Shown piece by piece: positions 1 to 12,803 of a stretch of DNA of 63,718 nucleotides. The first letter of the stretch is position 1. Each line of letters begins with the position of its first letter. The DNA lies in NCBI GenBank assembly GCA_051294375.1, contig CM119268.1:23505084-23568801 (forward strand), given 5' to 3'. The DNA is from Paraspadella gotoi (lineage: Eukaryota > Animalia > Chaetognatha). Both the position numbers and the translations under genes were made by a program. The notes beneath the pieces are model-generated. The model ran no database searches and was not told the origin of the DNA. It saw only the letters and a list, made by a program, of their open reading frames with translations.

Positions 1-900
1 GAAAAGAAAAAAAAGAGAAGAGAAGAATAGAGAAAAGAAGAGAAGAGAAAAAAAAAGAAGAGAAAAGAAAAGAAAATAAAAGAAAGGAAAAGAAAGGAAA
101 AGGAGATAATAGGTCAAAGTCACTATTCCACTTTCAAGACGATAACATAAAAAAAAGGCTTAAAATAAAAACCCAAAAAACAATAATAGAAATACTATGA
201 ACCAGAAAAACAAAAGAACCAGAGACGCAGAAACTAATAACAAAAACAGAACAAATAAGGAACAAGAGATAAATAAAAGGGGGAAAGAGGAAAAGAAAAA
301 AAGAAAAAAAGAAAAAGAAAAAAAGGAAGAGACAATAATTGTTTCTAAACTTTTTCCGTTGTATTTATGCCTGAGGGGAGAAGTTTATTGCCTTTGGGAG
401 GAGGAAAGGATAAAAAAACGGAGAAAAGAGAAAATGGAGGAAAGGAAAAAAGGAGGAAAGAGAAAATGGAGGAAAGAGAAAAAGGAGGAAGGAGAAAAGG
501 GAGGAAAGAGAAGAGAGAGGAATAAGAAAAGGAAGGAAGGAGAAAAGGGAGGAAATAGAAAAGGGAGGAAGAGAAAAGGGAGCAAAAGAAAAGGAAGGAA
601 AGAGAAAAAAAGGAAAGAGAAAAGGAAAGAAAGAGAAAATGGAGGAAAGAGAAAAGGGAGGAAAGAGAAAATTGAGGAAAGGAAAAAAAGGAGGAAAGAG
701 ACAAGGGAGAAAAGAGAAAAGGGAGGAAAGAGAAAAAGGAGGAAAGATATAAGGGAGAAAAGAGAAAGGGAGGAAAGAGAAAAGGGAGGAAAGAAAAAAA
801 GGGCGGAAAGAGAAAATGGATGAAAGAGAAAAGCCAAAAGGGAGAAAATAGAAAATGGAGGAAAGAGAAAAGGAAGGAAAGATATAAGGGAGGAAAGAGA
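1..900. repeat. Purine-rich low-complexity tract with degenerate GGAAAGAGAAAA-type units
   Basis: Almost pure A/G on the + strand at 1-110 and 400-900; explains the K/E/R and F/L/S ORFs. Confidence 0.9.
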
Positions 901-2775
901 TGTGATAGAATTAATGTAATATTTTATTACATCTTATGTCACTTAAAATAATTTTTTTTCAACAAATCACCAAGTGCCTAATGCCTGGAAATCGGCCTGT
1001 CAAAGCCGGGTTAACCAAGGGTCTGCGCCTGGTCAGTCAGTCTAACTGAGGTCAAAGCGGATTCAAGCAGGAACCAACTTTAGATCGACGCTGTCTTGAT
1101 GTCTGCTTGATAAATGGTTTTTGCTTGGTCAGGAAATTTGGTTGGTAAAGGAATTCTGGCCGTTGGAAAAGTTAAGTTCATGAAATGAGAAAAAAAAAGT
1201 CAGGATAAAAAATAGTTGAGAGTTTTTTAGTCATAAAACGATGTATGATTGTTAATACAAAGATAATAAAATAATTACGGCGAAAAGGGTAATAAAACTG
1301 GTAATAAAATGTGGCAATAAAATATGAGAAAAAATGATAATAAAAAAAGTGGAATCATTGGTTTTATGTTCTCCTCCTCTTCCTCTTCTTCTTTCTCCTC
1401 CTCCTACTTCTCGAGCGACGAGAGGAGAAGAGACCGAGGGGGCGAAGTTTTATGAGAGGGGAGGGAAGGAGGGAGANNNNNNNNNNNNNNNNNNNNNNNN
1501 NNNNNNNNNNNNNNNNNNNNNNNNNNNNNNNNNNNNNNNNNNNNNNNNNNNNNNNNNNNNNNNNNNNNNNNNNNNNNNNNNNNNNNNNNNNNNNNNNNNN
1601 NNNNNNNNNNNNNNNNNNNNNNNNNNNNNNNNNNNNNNNNNNNNNNNNNNNNNNNNNNNNNNNNNNNNNNNNNNNNNNNNNNNNNNNNNNNNNTGGGTGG
1701 AAAATCGGGGTTACCGTTTATCCATCGACTATAGAAACTACAAATTAAACGATATTACAAAATTAATTTTTTTGTCAGATAAAAAAAGAGAAAAACTATG
1801 ACAGGATCTTCAAACTGTTAATAATATTTTCTAATAATGATTCTTGGGTTTAGGGTCTTTCATGACACACGTTAACATAGTAATCATTGAAGATTTCGAG
1901 TCTCTCAATTTTAGGATGAGAATTTTCAGATTTCGATCTACGAAATACTTTTGATTTTCTAATTTTGATGATTTGTAGCTTCTTTTCAGTTAATGCTGCT
2001 GCTGTGGCTCAAGCTGCTGTTACTGATTTTTATATATTTTTATTTTTATATAATAATATAATAATAACATTNNNNNNNNNNNNNNNNNNNNNNNNNNNNN
2101 NNNNNNNNNNNNNNNNNNNNNNNNNNNNNNNNNNNNNNNNNNNNNNNNNNNNNNNNNNNNNNNNNNNNNNNNNNNNNNNNNNNNNNNNNNNNNNNNNNNN
2201 NNNNNNNNNNNNNNNNNNNNNNNNNNNNNNNNNNNNNNNNNNNNNNNNNNNNNNNNNNNNNNNNNNNNNNNNNNNNNNNNNNNNNNNNNNNNNNNNNNNN
2301 NNNNNNNNNNNNNNNNNNNNNNNNNNNNNNNNNNNNNNNNNNNNNNNNNNNNNNNNNNNNNNNNNNNNNNNNNNNNNNNNNNNNNNNNNNNNNNNNNNNN
2401 NNNNNNNNNNNNNNNNNNNNNNNNNNNNNNNNNNNNNNNNNNNNNNNNNNNNNNNNNNNNNNNNNNNNNNNNNNNNNNNNNNNNNNNNNNNNNNNNNNNN
2501 NNNNNNNNNNNNNNNNNNNNNNNNNNNNNNNNNNNNNNNNNNNNNNNNNNNNNNNNNNNCTTCAGAGATTTTGAGTTCACAATCTCACAATATCTCACAG
2601 CCTCTCACACACAGTCAACGGTGACTTTTCCAATTCTGCGATCGGATTTTCTCTTCGTTTATTCAGTTGCAACTAAAAATTCTTCTCCAGATTTGAATTC
2701 GATTAAGACTCGTGATTGTGATACAAAAATAAAATCCTCTTAGCGGAAAATCGAGTTTTGAGATTTGAAACTGTA

Positions 2776-3066
2776 AGGACAAAGTTGAGAAAGAAAAGTG
2801 ACAAAGTTGATGAGTTTAAAATGTCAAGAGGTTGATAATGACAAAGTTGATATTAACAAAGTTCAAAGAAACAGAAGTGAAAGAAAAAATGTTGAATGAA
2901 ACAAAGTTGAAAGAAACAGAGTTGAAAGAAACAAAGTTGAAAGAAATAGAGTTAAAGGAAACAAAGTTGAATGAGTTTAAAGAAACAAATTTGATAGATT
3001 GTTGATAGAAACAAAATTGATAAGGACAAAGTCGATAGCAACCAATTTGACAGAAGCAAATTTGAT
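2776..3066. repeat. Degenerate 15-bp minisatellite (AAAGTTGAAAGAAAC)n
   Basis: Recurring ACAAAGTTGA at ~15-bp spacing, clearest at 2900-2970. Confidence 0.8.
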
Positions 3067-3434
3067 TTGGCCAGAGGTCAACATGTCACGTGATTCCACT
3101 TCATTTCACTGTGAGCTTCTCTCACTTGATTAAGCGTCTCGAGACACGAGGATCAAAGATCAAATCGTGAAAAAGTTTTTTACGTGAATCTTTTTAGATT
3201 AGTGAAATTCACACCCAAAAATTGTTATATTTCAAACCGATTTTGTTAAGTTTGAAAGTAAACGCTTCAGAAAGCTAATTCGTAATTCATTGCTTTATCA
3301 CAATTTTCGTTTTACTTTTATCTCAAATTATATTCATATTTTTAAAGATTTTTTCTGAGATTTAATTTGAAGAGAATGAAATAAAAAATGATAAACTAAT
3401 CGTTAATTCGTCAAGAAACACTTACCTTTCTTTA

Positions 3435-3535
3435 CCCGACCCGAACCCACCCAACTCCGACCCCGACCATGACCCCAATCCCGACCTCAACCCCGACCTC
3501 ATCCTTAACCCCGATCCCCTCCTACCCCGACCCCA
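3435..3535. repeat. Degenerate hexamer repeat (ACCCCG)n
   Basis: accccg/acctca/atcccg units in 6-bp phase. Confidence 0.75.
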
Positions 3536-3586
3536 AGCAAAAAAAAGGTGAAGTTTGCTTTCATATTTTTTAACTTCAGATGGCAT

Positions 3587-3649
3587 CAGTTACCAGTTTC
3601 CAGTTACCAGTTATCAGTTATCAGTTATCAGTTATCAGTTATCAGTTAC
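3587..3649. repeat. 7-bp tandem repeat (CAGTTAY)9
   Basis: Nine consecutive cagttac/cagttat units, one of them cagtttc. Confidence 0.95.
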
Positions 3650-6226
3650 ATATATTTATGGATCTAAATAGTGGAAGTTATTTTAAAAATAAGGTTTTAA
3701 CAAAATTTAAATTACAACCTTACTTTTTTTATAAAACTTAAAAAGAACAACAACAACAACTTTAGCGAGAACAGGCGATATTTTTTAAATAAATTCTCAC
3801 CCAAAAAATCGAAAATATTTTTTTTCACGCAGATTCGATAGAGTAAATTTTTTGGCCAAATTTTTTTAATCAATTGCGACAATAAAAGAGTTTTGATATA
3901 AAGCTTGCAGGACCCTGCTTTGTTATGTCTTGTTAGTAAAATGCAGGCATTAACCAACCGTATTCAAACTAATTGTGAAGATAGACAATTTATTTATAAA
4001 AAAAAATATGAGTCAAGCTCAACAGATGTTTTGACTAAGCCTGACGGTTGACAATTTCTCCTCGTTGTCGTCAAACTGGCTGCAGTTGTCAAAAAATCAT
4101 TCAATAAAGTTAATAAATAATCTAAATGAATAAAAAATATCAAACTAATAAACGAGTAATTATAAACAACAAATAAATGAANNNNNNNNNNNNNNNNNNN
4201 NNNNNNNNNNNNNNNNNNNNNNNNNNNNNNNNNNNNNNNNNNNNNNNNNNNNNNNNNNNNNNNNNNNNNNNNNNNNNNNNNNNNNNNNNNNNNNNNNNNN
4301 NNNNNNNNNNNNNNNNNNNNNNNNNNNNNNNNNNNNNNNNNNNNNNNNNNNNNNNNNNNNNNNNNNNNNNNNNNNNNNNNNNNNNNNNNNNNNNNNNNNN
4401 NNNNNNNNNNNNNNNNNNNNNNNNNNNNNNNNNNNNNNNNNNNNNNNNNNNNNNNNNNNNNNNNNNNNNNNNNNNNNNNNNNNNNNNNNNNNNNNNNNNN
4501 NNNNNNNNNNNNNNNNNNNNNNNNNNNNNNNNNNNNNNNNNNNNNNNNNNNNNNNNNNNNNNNNNNNNNNNNNNNNNNNNNNNNNNNNNNNNNNNNNNNN
4601 NNNNNNNNNNNNNNNNNNNNNNNNNNNNNNNNNNNNNNNNNNNNNNNNNNNNNNNNNNNNNNNNNNNNNNNNNNNNNNNNNNNNNNNNNNNNNNNNNNNN
4701 NNNNNNNNNNNNNNNNNNNNNNNNNNNNNNNNNNNNNNNNNNNNNNNNNNNNNNNNNNNNNNNNNNNNNNNNNNNNNNNNNNNNNNNNNNNNNNNNNNNN
4801 NNNNNNNNNNNNNNNNNNNNNNNNNNNNNNNNNNNNNNNNNNNNNNNNNNNNNNNNNNNNNNNNNNNNNNNNNNNNNNNNNNNNNNNNNNNNNNNNNNNN
4901 NNNNNNNNNNNNNNNNNNNNNNNNNNNNNNNNNNNNNNNNNNNNNNNNNNNNNNNNNNNNNNNNNNNNATAATCAGGAAAAAATGGTAAAAATTATGTGA
5001 TAACAAATTAGAAATGGCAAAAGGCAAAGAAATGGCAAAAGGCGAAGAAATGGCAACCCCAAAAAAACCTCTACTCTACTTTTATGTTTTCGAAATTTTG
5101 AAAGATTTCTGGTTATTTTTTAGAACCAAAACAAAGTCATTGTTAGATTTTTATCTTGAAAATAAAATCCTTTGGAATTTAAGTTTATTGAACATTAAAC
5201 TTGACAGTTATGATTGAAATATACAATTTTGAAAAAAAAAAGACATTCATTTCTTTCTCTCTCTTGTTCGAACTGATTTGAAAGATATCAACAATGTTTC
5301 AATGTGGAAATGTCATAAAAAATTGTCATTTTCTTTTTTTTTTGATGTGAAAATGGATGCGATTTAAGAAGAAAATTTCGTCAAATTTCATGCTCTGTGG
5401 AAAGAAGCGACGAAAAGTGGGAATAAAAAAATGATAAAAAAGTTAAAAATGAATCCCTTTCCGCCCCTTCCTTCCACTCCATGTACTCTCTCTCTACTCT
5501 CTCTCTCTCTCCGATTCGATGGCACTCAACTCACCTCCTCGCTCTCTCGATCTCTCTCTCTCTCTCTCTGGATCATCTACCTACGTAATCATTCATTACG
5601 AATCGAATAATCAGCTTCTCGTTCTGCTCTCTCTCTCTCCCTCAAAAACCTGAAAACAAACATTAAGATCTTCGAAACTGACTTTCCTTCGTTAAAATAA
5701 AANNNNNNNNNNNNNNNNNNNNNNNNNTTGAAAACGAAAGAGAGAAGAAAGAATCAGGGAATTAAAGGGGATCACAGTTCGGGGAAAAACTGTTTCGGGG
5801 ATTCGTCGGGGACCAAAACTTGTTTGGGGATTCGTCGGGGATTATAACTGGTTTGGTGATTCGTCAGGTATTCCGAAAATTACGCTTCGTCGCTCGAGAG
5901 GAAATTTCGAGGAAACGTGAGAATTCTGGAGCGAGATTATTTAATCCTAGGATTTATAGACTCGAATCAAAGGATTTAGATTTATAATCTTGAGATTTAT
6001 ATTTATAATCCTGAGATTTAGATTCGACTCTCTCAAAAATTAATTTTTTTTTAAATCTTGAATTGGGAATGTTATTCTGCGTATTTATATCTTTCTTTCT
6101 TTCTTTCTTTCTTTCTCTTTTTCTTTCTTTCCTGATTTCCCGCCAAAAATTCGATTAAAAAAAGCGAAAAAACTGAAAATAATCGAAGGGAAAAAAATTG
6201 GAAAACTTTTTTTTGGAAATGGAAAA

Positions 6227-6289
<63 letters not shown>

Positions 6290-6293
<4 letters not shown>

Positions 6294-6697
6294 ACTTTAC
6301 CGCTCCCACCTCGAAAATTTTCCTTGAAACTCGTATTTTAATGGGTAAAAGTTGAGAGAGATCATAAAAGAAATATGACTATTAAATTTTTTTCCCGCTC
6401 AACTTTTTTTTTAATCTTTTCCTTATGGAGAAAATAAAATATAAAAAAAATTCTTATGGAGAAAATAAAAAAATACCATCAAATACTCTCTCTCTCCCTC
6501 TCTCTCTCTCTCTTTATCACTTACCGCTCCCACCTGAAAATTTCCTTGTGAAACTCGTATTTACATGGTAAAATGAGAGAGATCATAAAGAAATATGACT
6601 ATTAAATTTTTTTCCGCTCAACTTTTTTTTAATCTTTTCTGATGGAGAAAATAAATATAAAAAAATCTATGGAGAAATAAAAAAATACACAAATATA
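6290..6697 (+). repeat. Tandem duplication of ~195 bp (6290-6485 and 6517-6697), each preceded by (CT)n
   Basis: tcacttaccgctcccacc ... gaaatatgactattaaattt ... ggagaaaataaa present twice. Confidence 0.9.
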
Positions 6698-6853
6698 TTT
6701 TAGGAAAAAAATGTTAAAGCAATGTCAAAAACCAGGCGTATCATTCGATTTCAACAGTATATATTAATTCTTTTTAAATAAATATTTAAAAAAAGAAAGC
6801 GTTAAATGAGTGTCCTTTTACACAATGAACAGGTTTTGAAATGTTTTTAAAAT

Positions 6854-7018
6854 CATTTCATTGTTTAGAACCATGTTACTAGAGTCTTAATTGATAGCTT
6901 GCTATGTCTATCTTGTAAAGAGCATGAAGGCCGTAACCACCCAAACTTGTCAACTCTGGAACATAGGACGTGTCAAAGTCAGGGAGGAAGCTTATTTATT
7001 AAGATGAATAGATAAGTT
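6854..7018. repeat. Diverged copy of dispersed repeat R1
   Basis: catttcattg, agagtcttaattgatagctt, gaaggccgtaaccaccc and gtcaaagtcaggg..agcttatttattaa match the copies at 31747 and 63213. Confidence 0.7.
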
Positions 7019-8578
7019 TTAGTGATTGTATTGTCAGATAAAAACTCTGTTGATTTATAATTCGAAGGAATAGTATAGAATATAGAGAAGGTGTATGAGG
7101 AGAGAAGCTCTGGGGAGAGGTGTGTAGATGGGAACCAGGAGTTAGAAGTATTTTGAATGTTGAATGGGGTGGGCAGAGAAGATAAAGAAGTCGATTGGTT
7201 AAAATCTCTTCTGTAAAGACTTTGTTCTGAAGTTAATTATTGAATTGAAATTGTCAATGGCAAGAATTTCGAAATGTTGTTATAAGTTGCAATCGTGGTG
7301 TGACTCTTGCTATTGTTAAAGGAAAGATGTAGAAGTTAGATAATTCGAATTGAAGACTACAGACGATCGTTTTTAACAGTAGAGTACACCGTTCAATTCG
7401 GTTCGGGACCCGTAATATACTTATGTGGAAAAAAACCGGGGCTGTCAAAGCATTTTACGAAGAAGTGGGTAAAGGGAAGAAGACGTGACTGGGAGAAAGA
7501 TAAGAATCTTGGCAGAGAGAAAGAATCTGTGTGAGGGCTCAAAAACTTCAAATTGTGGGGAGGGGAAAAAGAGAGTAGAGAAGGAAAGAGGATCGTGATG
7601 AAAAAAAAAGGAGAGATCGAGGAGGGAGAAGATTGCCCCGTTGAGGAAGAACTCCGCGCGGAGGCGGAGGATGGGGAGGGAATTGCTAAACCGGAAGATT
7701 TATAACAGGAAAAATAGGTAAAATTATGTGATAACAAATAGGAAATGCTAAAAGCAAAGATGCAAAAGGGCGGAAGAAATTGGCAAACGCCCAAAGCCTT
7801 ATCCTACATTTTTATGTTTTCCGATTTTTTGAAATTTCTGGTTATTTTTACCAAAACCGTCCAATTGTTCGATTTATTTTTTTGAAATAAAATCCTTTGG
7901 AATTAAGTATTATTGAACATTAAAACTTGACAGTATGATTTGAAACTAATAAACAATATTTTCGATAAATCGAGTAATTTCGTTACGAGTTTTGGACCTG
8001 AAAGGAGAAAGTTTTAGTGACGAAAAAACGTGAAAAGAAAGAAAGAAAAGAAAAAAGAAAAAAAAAAAAAGAAAAACCTTGACTTTGAATCGAAATTCGA
8101 TTAGACTTTTTTTTTTCGGTTTTCAACCCTTGAAAAAAAAACTCGCATTCCTCGCGCCGATACACATCGTTGAGTCTGTGAGAGAGAGAAGAAGAGAGAG
8201 AAGAGAGAAGAGAGAGAGAGAGAGAGGAGAGAGAAGAGAGAGAGAGAGAAGAGAGAGGTGAAAGATAATCATCGACTAGAATTTTAAAGTTGGCGGGAAA
8301 AAATATGTGAAAAAAAAGAAGAGAAAGAAATTGTTACCTCAATTTTTTGAAAAAAAAAAAATTGAAGAGGAGATAAAAGGCGAGAGAGAGGTGGGAGGAG
8401 AGGAGAGAAAGGAAGAGAGAAGAGAGAGTGGAGGGAGAGAAAGAGAGAAGAGAGAGAGATAGAAATAGTAGAGAGACAGAGAGGCCACTAAAAAATAATG
8501 ATGGGGCGAAAAACCAGTATGTAAACATCATCAAAGTAATTAGCGAATTTAAATTAGCATAAATAACTACTCTTCTCT

Positions 8579-8625
<47 letters not shown>

Positions 8626-8773
8626 TTTAATTCCAATTTGACTTTTAAAATCAGGATTTTAATATCGGCCACGGCCCTGATCCCACGGGGTCCGTGAGAG
8701 GAATAGTATCGTTTCTCTCTCTCTCTCTTCTTCTCTCTCTCTCTCTCTNNNNNNNNNNNNNNNNNNNNNNNNN

Positions 8774-8810
<37 letters not shown>

Positions 8811-9397
8811 CATGAGGACTCATGAGCAAAATAGATTATTTTTCGCTCACGAAACAAAATTAACTCTTGAAAAGGAAAACAAAACTTTTAGCTTCTATTG
8901 AAATAGTAGAGTCACTATTAAAATTATTTATTTTAATTTAATTCTCATCTTTTTTGTTATATCTAATTATTTACTATTTTATTTATTATCTTTCGGCCTC
9001 TTTCTTCTATGCTAACCTATGCTAAACTAATTCTTTTTACAATAATTTTTTATTATATTCTACCATATTATTATATTCTATTCTATTCTGTTCTATTCTA
9101 TTCTATTATATTCTTTTCTATTCTTTCATATCTTACTCTATTCGATTCTGTCCTAATCTATTCTATACAATTTTATTCTATTATTTTCTATTCTATTCTA
9201 TTCTATTCTATTTTATTTTGTTCTATTCTTTTTTAATCGATTCTTTTCAACATTATATAGTCTCTTGTTTTTAAATCAAAAGTCTAAATTTTCAAATAAA
9301 TTCGACTGAAAACATAAAATCTTTTCAATTTTTCTTTTGTCACGTCTTTCCAAAACAGGCACGAGTTCCAAGTTTCTCTCGGCGTAAGGGACCGAAT

Positions 9398-9667
9398 TTT
9401 ACTTTTAACTTTATTTTAAACATACTTTAAACTTACCTTTAACTTTATTTTAAACTTACTTTAAACTTACTTTTAACTTTATTTTAAACATACCTTAAAC
9501 TTACCTTTAACTTTTTTAAACATACTTTAAACTTACCTTTAACTTTTTTAAACTTACTTTTAACTTACCTTTAACTTTATTTTAAACTTACTTTAAACTT
9601 ACCTTTAACTTTATTTTAAACATACCTTAAACTTACCTTTAACTTTTTTAAACTTACTTTTAACTTC
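9398..9667. repeat. AT-rich minisatellite, ~35-bp period built from TTTAAACTTAC-like subunits
   Basis: Repeated tttaactttattttaaacatactttaaacttacc. Confidence 0.9.
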
Positions 9668-9811
9668 TCTATCCGACCCTACTTTCTAATTCTTGGTATT
9701 CGAGGACACCACCTATCGATGAGCTTGATTATTCTTGCTCGCCTGCTTGCAAACCAGCTTGCTTTGGCCTAAACAGCCCTGTCCTCATTCGGCCATCGCT
9801 TTAGCTCCGCC

Positions 9812-9882
9812 TTCCCTTTTGACCGAATTGGTGGACGAAGCGGCTCGCGATATCAAGGTCCCGAGTTCAAATCCGGGGACAG
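9812..9882 (+). pseudogene. tRNA-like relic (tRNA pseudogene or SINE head)
   Basis: A-box-like TGACCGAATTGG and B-box GAGTTCAAATCC at tRNA spacing; gtccc..gggac stem; no clean acceptor or anticodon stem. Confidence 0.45.
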
Positions 9883-10505
9883 AAGAAAATGAAGATAAGA
9901 TGAAAGAAAAAGGAAAATAAGAAAAGGAAAGAAANNNNNNNNNNNNNNNNNNNNNNNNNAAAGAGGAGAGATGTCGCTCATATACGAGTCGCTTGGCTCA
10001 TAGGACATTGATAAAGGGTGACGAAAATATAATTATATGCCCTTGCGGCTTAAATTTAATGATAAAATTTATAATTAATTTAGTTAAATTTTATCATGGA
10101 AATGCTTTTTTATATTAAATGATATTTAATAAATTATAATACTTTATTTATTTTATATTATAATATTTTTATTATTAAAAAACATTAGCATTAAAAGTAT
10201 CCCATAGAAGAGTTAATGTATTCCCCTCGGGGCAGCGGCCAGGGAGCCACCTTTTAGGGCATTTAAAAAGAGACAACCCTTTTGGAATAGATTGCCTCTG
10301 GGGCCGCCCCTTTTGTGGCCCGCGCGGGGGGTACATTCGTGCGATGACATATCGTAGGGTGACCACCGCAAAAGTCAGAGTGTCTGCAATAATGAGGGTA
10401 TTACCTGAGGTCTCCACAGATTAGGATAGGAGTTTTGATCTAATTGGATTCTTTGTGGGTTTTGGATGTAGTTTTTCAATCGCGATCTCGGATATATAAT
10501 TATCC

Positions 10506-11330
10506 CATTTCATTGATAGGGAAGCAGGTAATCTCTGGGAGGTGAATAAACGAGAAACTGTGAGAGAGTCTTGATTGAGCTTACCGGGACCTGCTATTTC
10601 ATCTAATCTGTAAGAGTGATGGAGGCCTTAAACCACCAAAGCCTGTTCAATAAGGCGAAGTAAAATTTATTCTAAATTTTAACATTTAATTAAATTCTAA
10701 AAGTGAGGAAGAGAACAACATTATACTGAACCAAACATTTATGTATAAAAAATTTTATAATAAATTTTACAATTTACGCAGTAGGCCATATTTATACTAG
10801 TACTAATCCAATAATGTGTAAAATGTTCAAAACAGTTTTTTATAAATTTTTTTGCAGATTTGGATTTGTCATAAAAAGTTGATTAAAAGAAATATAACTC
10901 TTTTTAAAAAATTCTTTCATTAAGTAGGTCAAAAATTAGAAAAAGCTATATTTTAAGCTGAAAATTAACTTTTTATATAATTAAATATAGTTTTTAATTT
11001 TTAAAACTTAATGAAAGAATTTTTTAAAATATATATTTATATTTCTTTAATTACTTTTGAGCGAGGGAATCAAATCTGCAATCAAAATGAAGAAAACCTA
11101 TTTTTGAATTTTTTGTGATTTTATAAGGATAGTACTATATATAAATATAGTCTACTGTGAAAATTAAAAACATAAAATTAATTTTTTTTACAAATTATAT
11201 GTTCACTGATGGTATGTTGTTCATAATTGACCTTTAGAATTTCCATACATAACTTCACTACGCCTTACTGTTCAAAGTCAGGGCAAGATAGCTTATAACA
11301 GTAAGGAATGGCTAATTTTTATATGTTTGT
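10506..11330. repeat. Dispersed repeat R1 split by a MITE (10506-10650 plus 11268-~11330)
   Basis: The two halves rejoin to match the uninterrupted copies at 31747 and 63213. Confidence 0.85.
10651..11267. mobile_element. 617-bp non-autonomous DNA transposon (hAT-like foldback MITE)
   Basis: Ends TAAGGCGAAGT / ACTACGCCTTA; 8-bp TSD CTGTTCAA at 10643-10650 and 11268-11275; single CTGTTCAA at the empty site 63344-63351; internal perfect 24-bp inverted pair 10902-10925 / 11006-11029. Confidence 0.85.
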
Positions 11331-11805
11331 AACAATTTTGTATAAACGATAAAACTCTTATATCTAATATTTTACTATCTCTCTCCAAAAGTTCTTTACC
11401 AATAATATTTATCTACTTCTCTTCCTCTCTTTTAAGCAAAGTTCTGTTAAGCAATAAGATCTTTTATTTACTTTTACATAAGACTGAATATTTTCTTATC
11501 TTTAAAAATTTTTCAAGAAAAAAAAATCGTTTTTCGTTTTAATTTCTTAAAAACGAATTTATGTCCAAAAAAGAAAAAATAAAACTGAAATATAGAGCGA
11601 CGTTTATTGTCTAAAGGTATTTTGGTTTTTTTTATTTTTTTATGTTTTTTAATGTTTTTTAAATGTTTTTTTTTGTTTTCCGCTTTTTCTTTTCCAGTTT
11701 ACGAATTCCCTTGATTTTTATTCTTTGCCGTAAGATTTTACTCGAAAAAATAAACTTGAAGGTTAATTTTTAGCTCTTTTATCTTTTTTCTTCTCTTCTT
11801 AATTT

Positions 11806-11837
<32 letters not shown>

Positions 11838-12358
11838 ATCATCATCATCATTCATATCATTATCATCATCATCATCAATAATTATCATCGTCGTCGTCGT
11901 CGTTGTCGTACGTAAGTCTTCTAGCAGAACGTCGTGAAAATGACTGAATGATGCAATATGATATGATAAGGCAAATCAAGGCAAAATATGGATCAAGAGA
12001 AAGAATTAAAGAAATATATTTATCCTCTCGTCTCTCACTAAGATTTTGTAGAAAAATTGTATATGGAGAGATAGAGATAGAGATAGTAAGATTTGGAAGA
12101 TATTAGAAAGACAAGAGAGGAGGAGAGAGGAGGAGGAGGAGTAGGAAGAGGAGGAAGAGGAGGAAGAGTGGGAGGAGTAGGAGGAGGAGGAGTGAATGGA
12201 GAGAAAAATACGCGCGTGAAAAAAAAAAGTCTTTTCGTCCTCACGAATCAATCGAATTACCTGCCATTTTCTCGTATGGTCGTAATCTCTTCTTCTCTCT
12301 CTTCTCTCTCTCTCTTCTTCTCTTCTCTGCTCTTCCTCTCTCTCTCTCTCTCTCCCTC

Positions 12359-12716
12359 GTTGTACGTGGGTGAAGGGAGAGAAAAATTGAAATGGGCGAG
12401 GTCATATTCGTCGCGTTCGTCGTCGCTCGGTCGTCGTCGTTTCCAACCCTTACCTAGATGCACCAAAAACCTCACCTCCTTCTCTTCCATCGTCTCACCC
12501 TTAATTTTTTTTTTCTTTTCTTTCCTTTTTTTTCTTTTCTTTTTCTCTTCTCTTTTCTTTCTTTTTCTTTTTTTTTCTATTTTTTTCTTTCCTTTTCCTT
12601 TTTTCTTTTTTTCTTTTTTTCTTTCATTTTCTTTTTTTTTAAAAAAAAAAATTAAGGGTGAGGACGATGGAAGAGAAGGAGGTGAGGTTTTTGGTGCATC
12701 TAGGTAAGGGTTGGAA

Positions 12717-12753
<37 letters not shown>

Positions 12754-12803
12754 ATATGACCTCGCCCATTTCAATTTTTCTCTCCCCTTCACCCACGTAC
12801 AAC
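12359..12803. repeat. Local inverted repeat, ~155-bp arms (12359-12514 / 12641-12803) around a T-rich spacer
   Basis: gttgtacgtgggtgaaggg ... cacccttaatt mirrored by aattaagggtg ... cccacgtacaac. Confidence 0.9.

Larger units (their letters stand above)
4969..7963 (+). repeat. Direct duplication: 4969-5232 recurs at 7701-7963
   Basis: Shared aaattatgtgataacaaat ... aataaaatcctttggaatt ... acttgacag; differences are mostly indels; first copy starts at a gap edge. Confidence 0.85.
9992..12358 (+). repeat. ~2.4-kb direct duplicate of 20247-22670; 10884-12150 recurs again at 12804-14130
   Basis: Colinear from cttggctcataggacattgataaagggtgacg to the (CT)n ending ctccctc; indel-type differences. 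Confidence 0.9.

Noticed and set aside
197-837. K/R/E-rich and F/L/S-rich ORFs here and throughout the window
   Set aside because: Translations of GA/CT simple repeats, open on both strands, with no domain signal
1334-5027. Long ORFs containing X runs
   Set aside because: Open only because they cross N gaps
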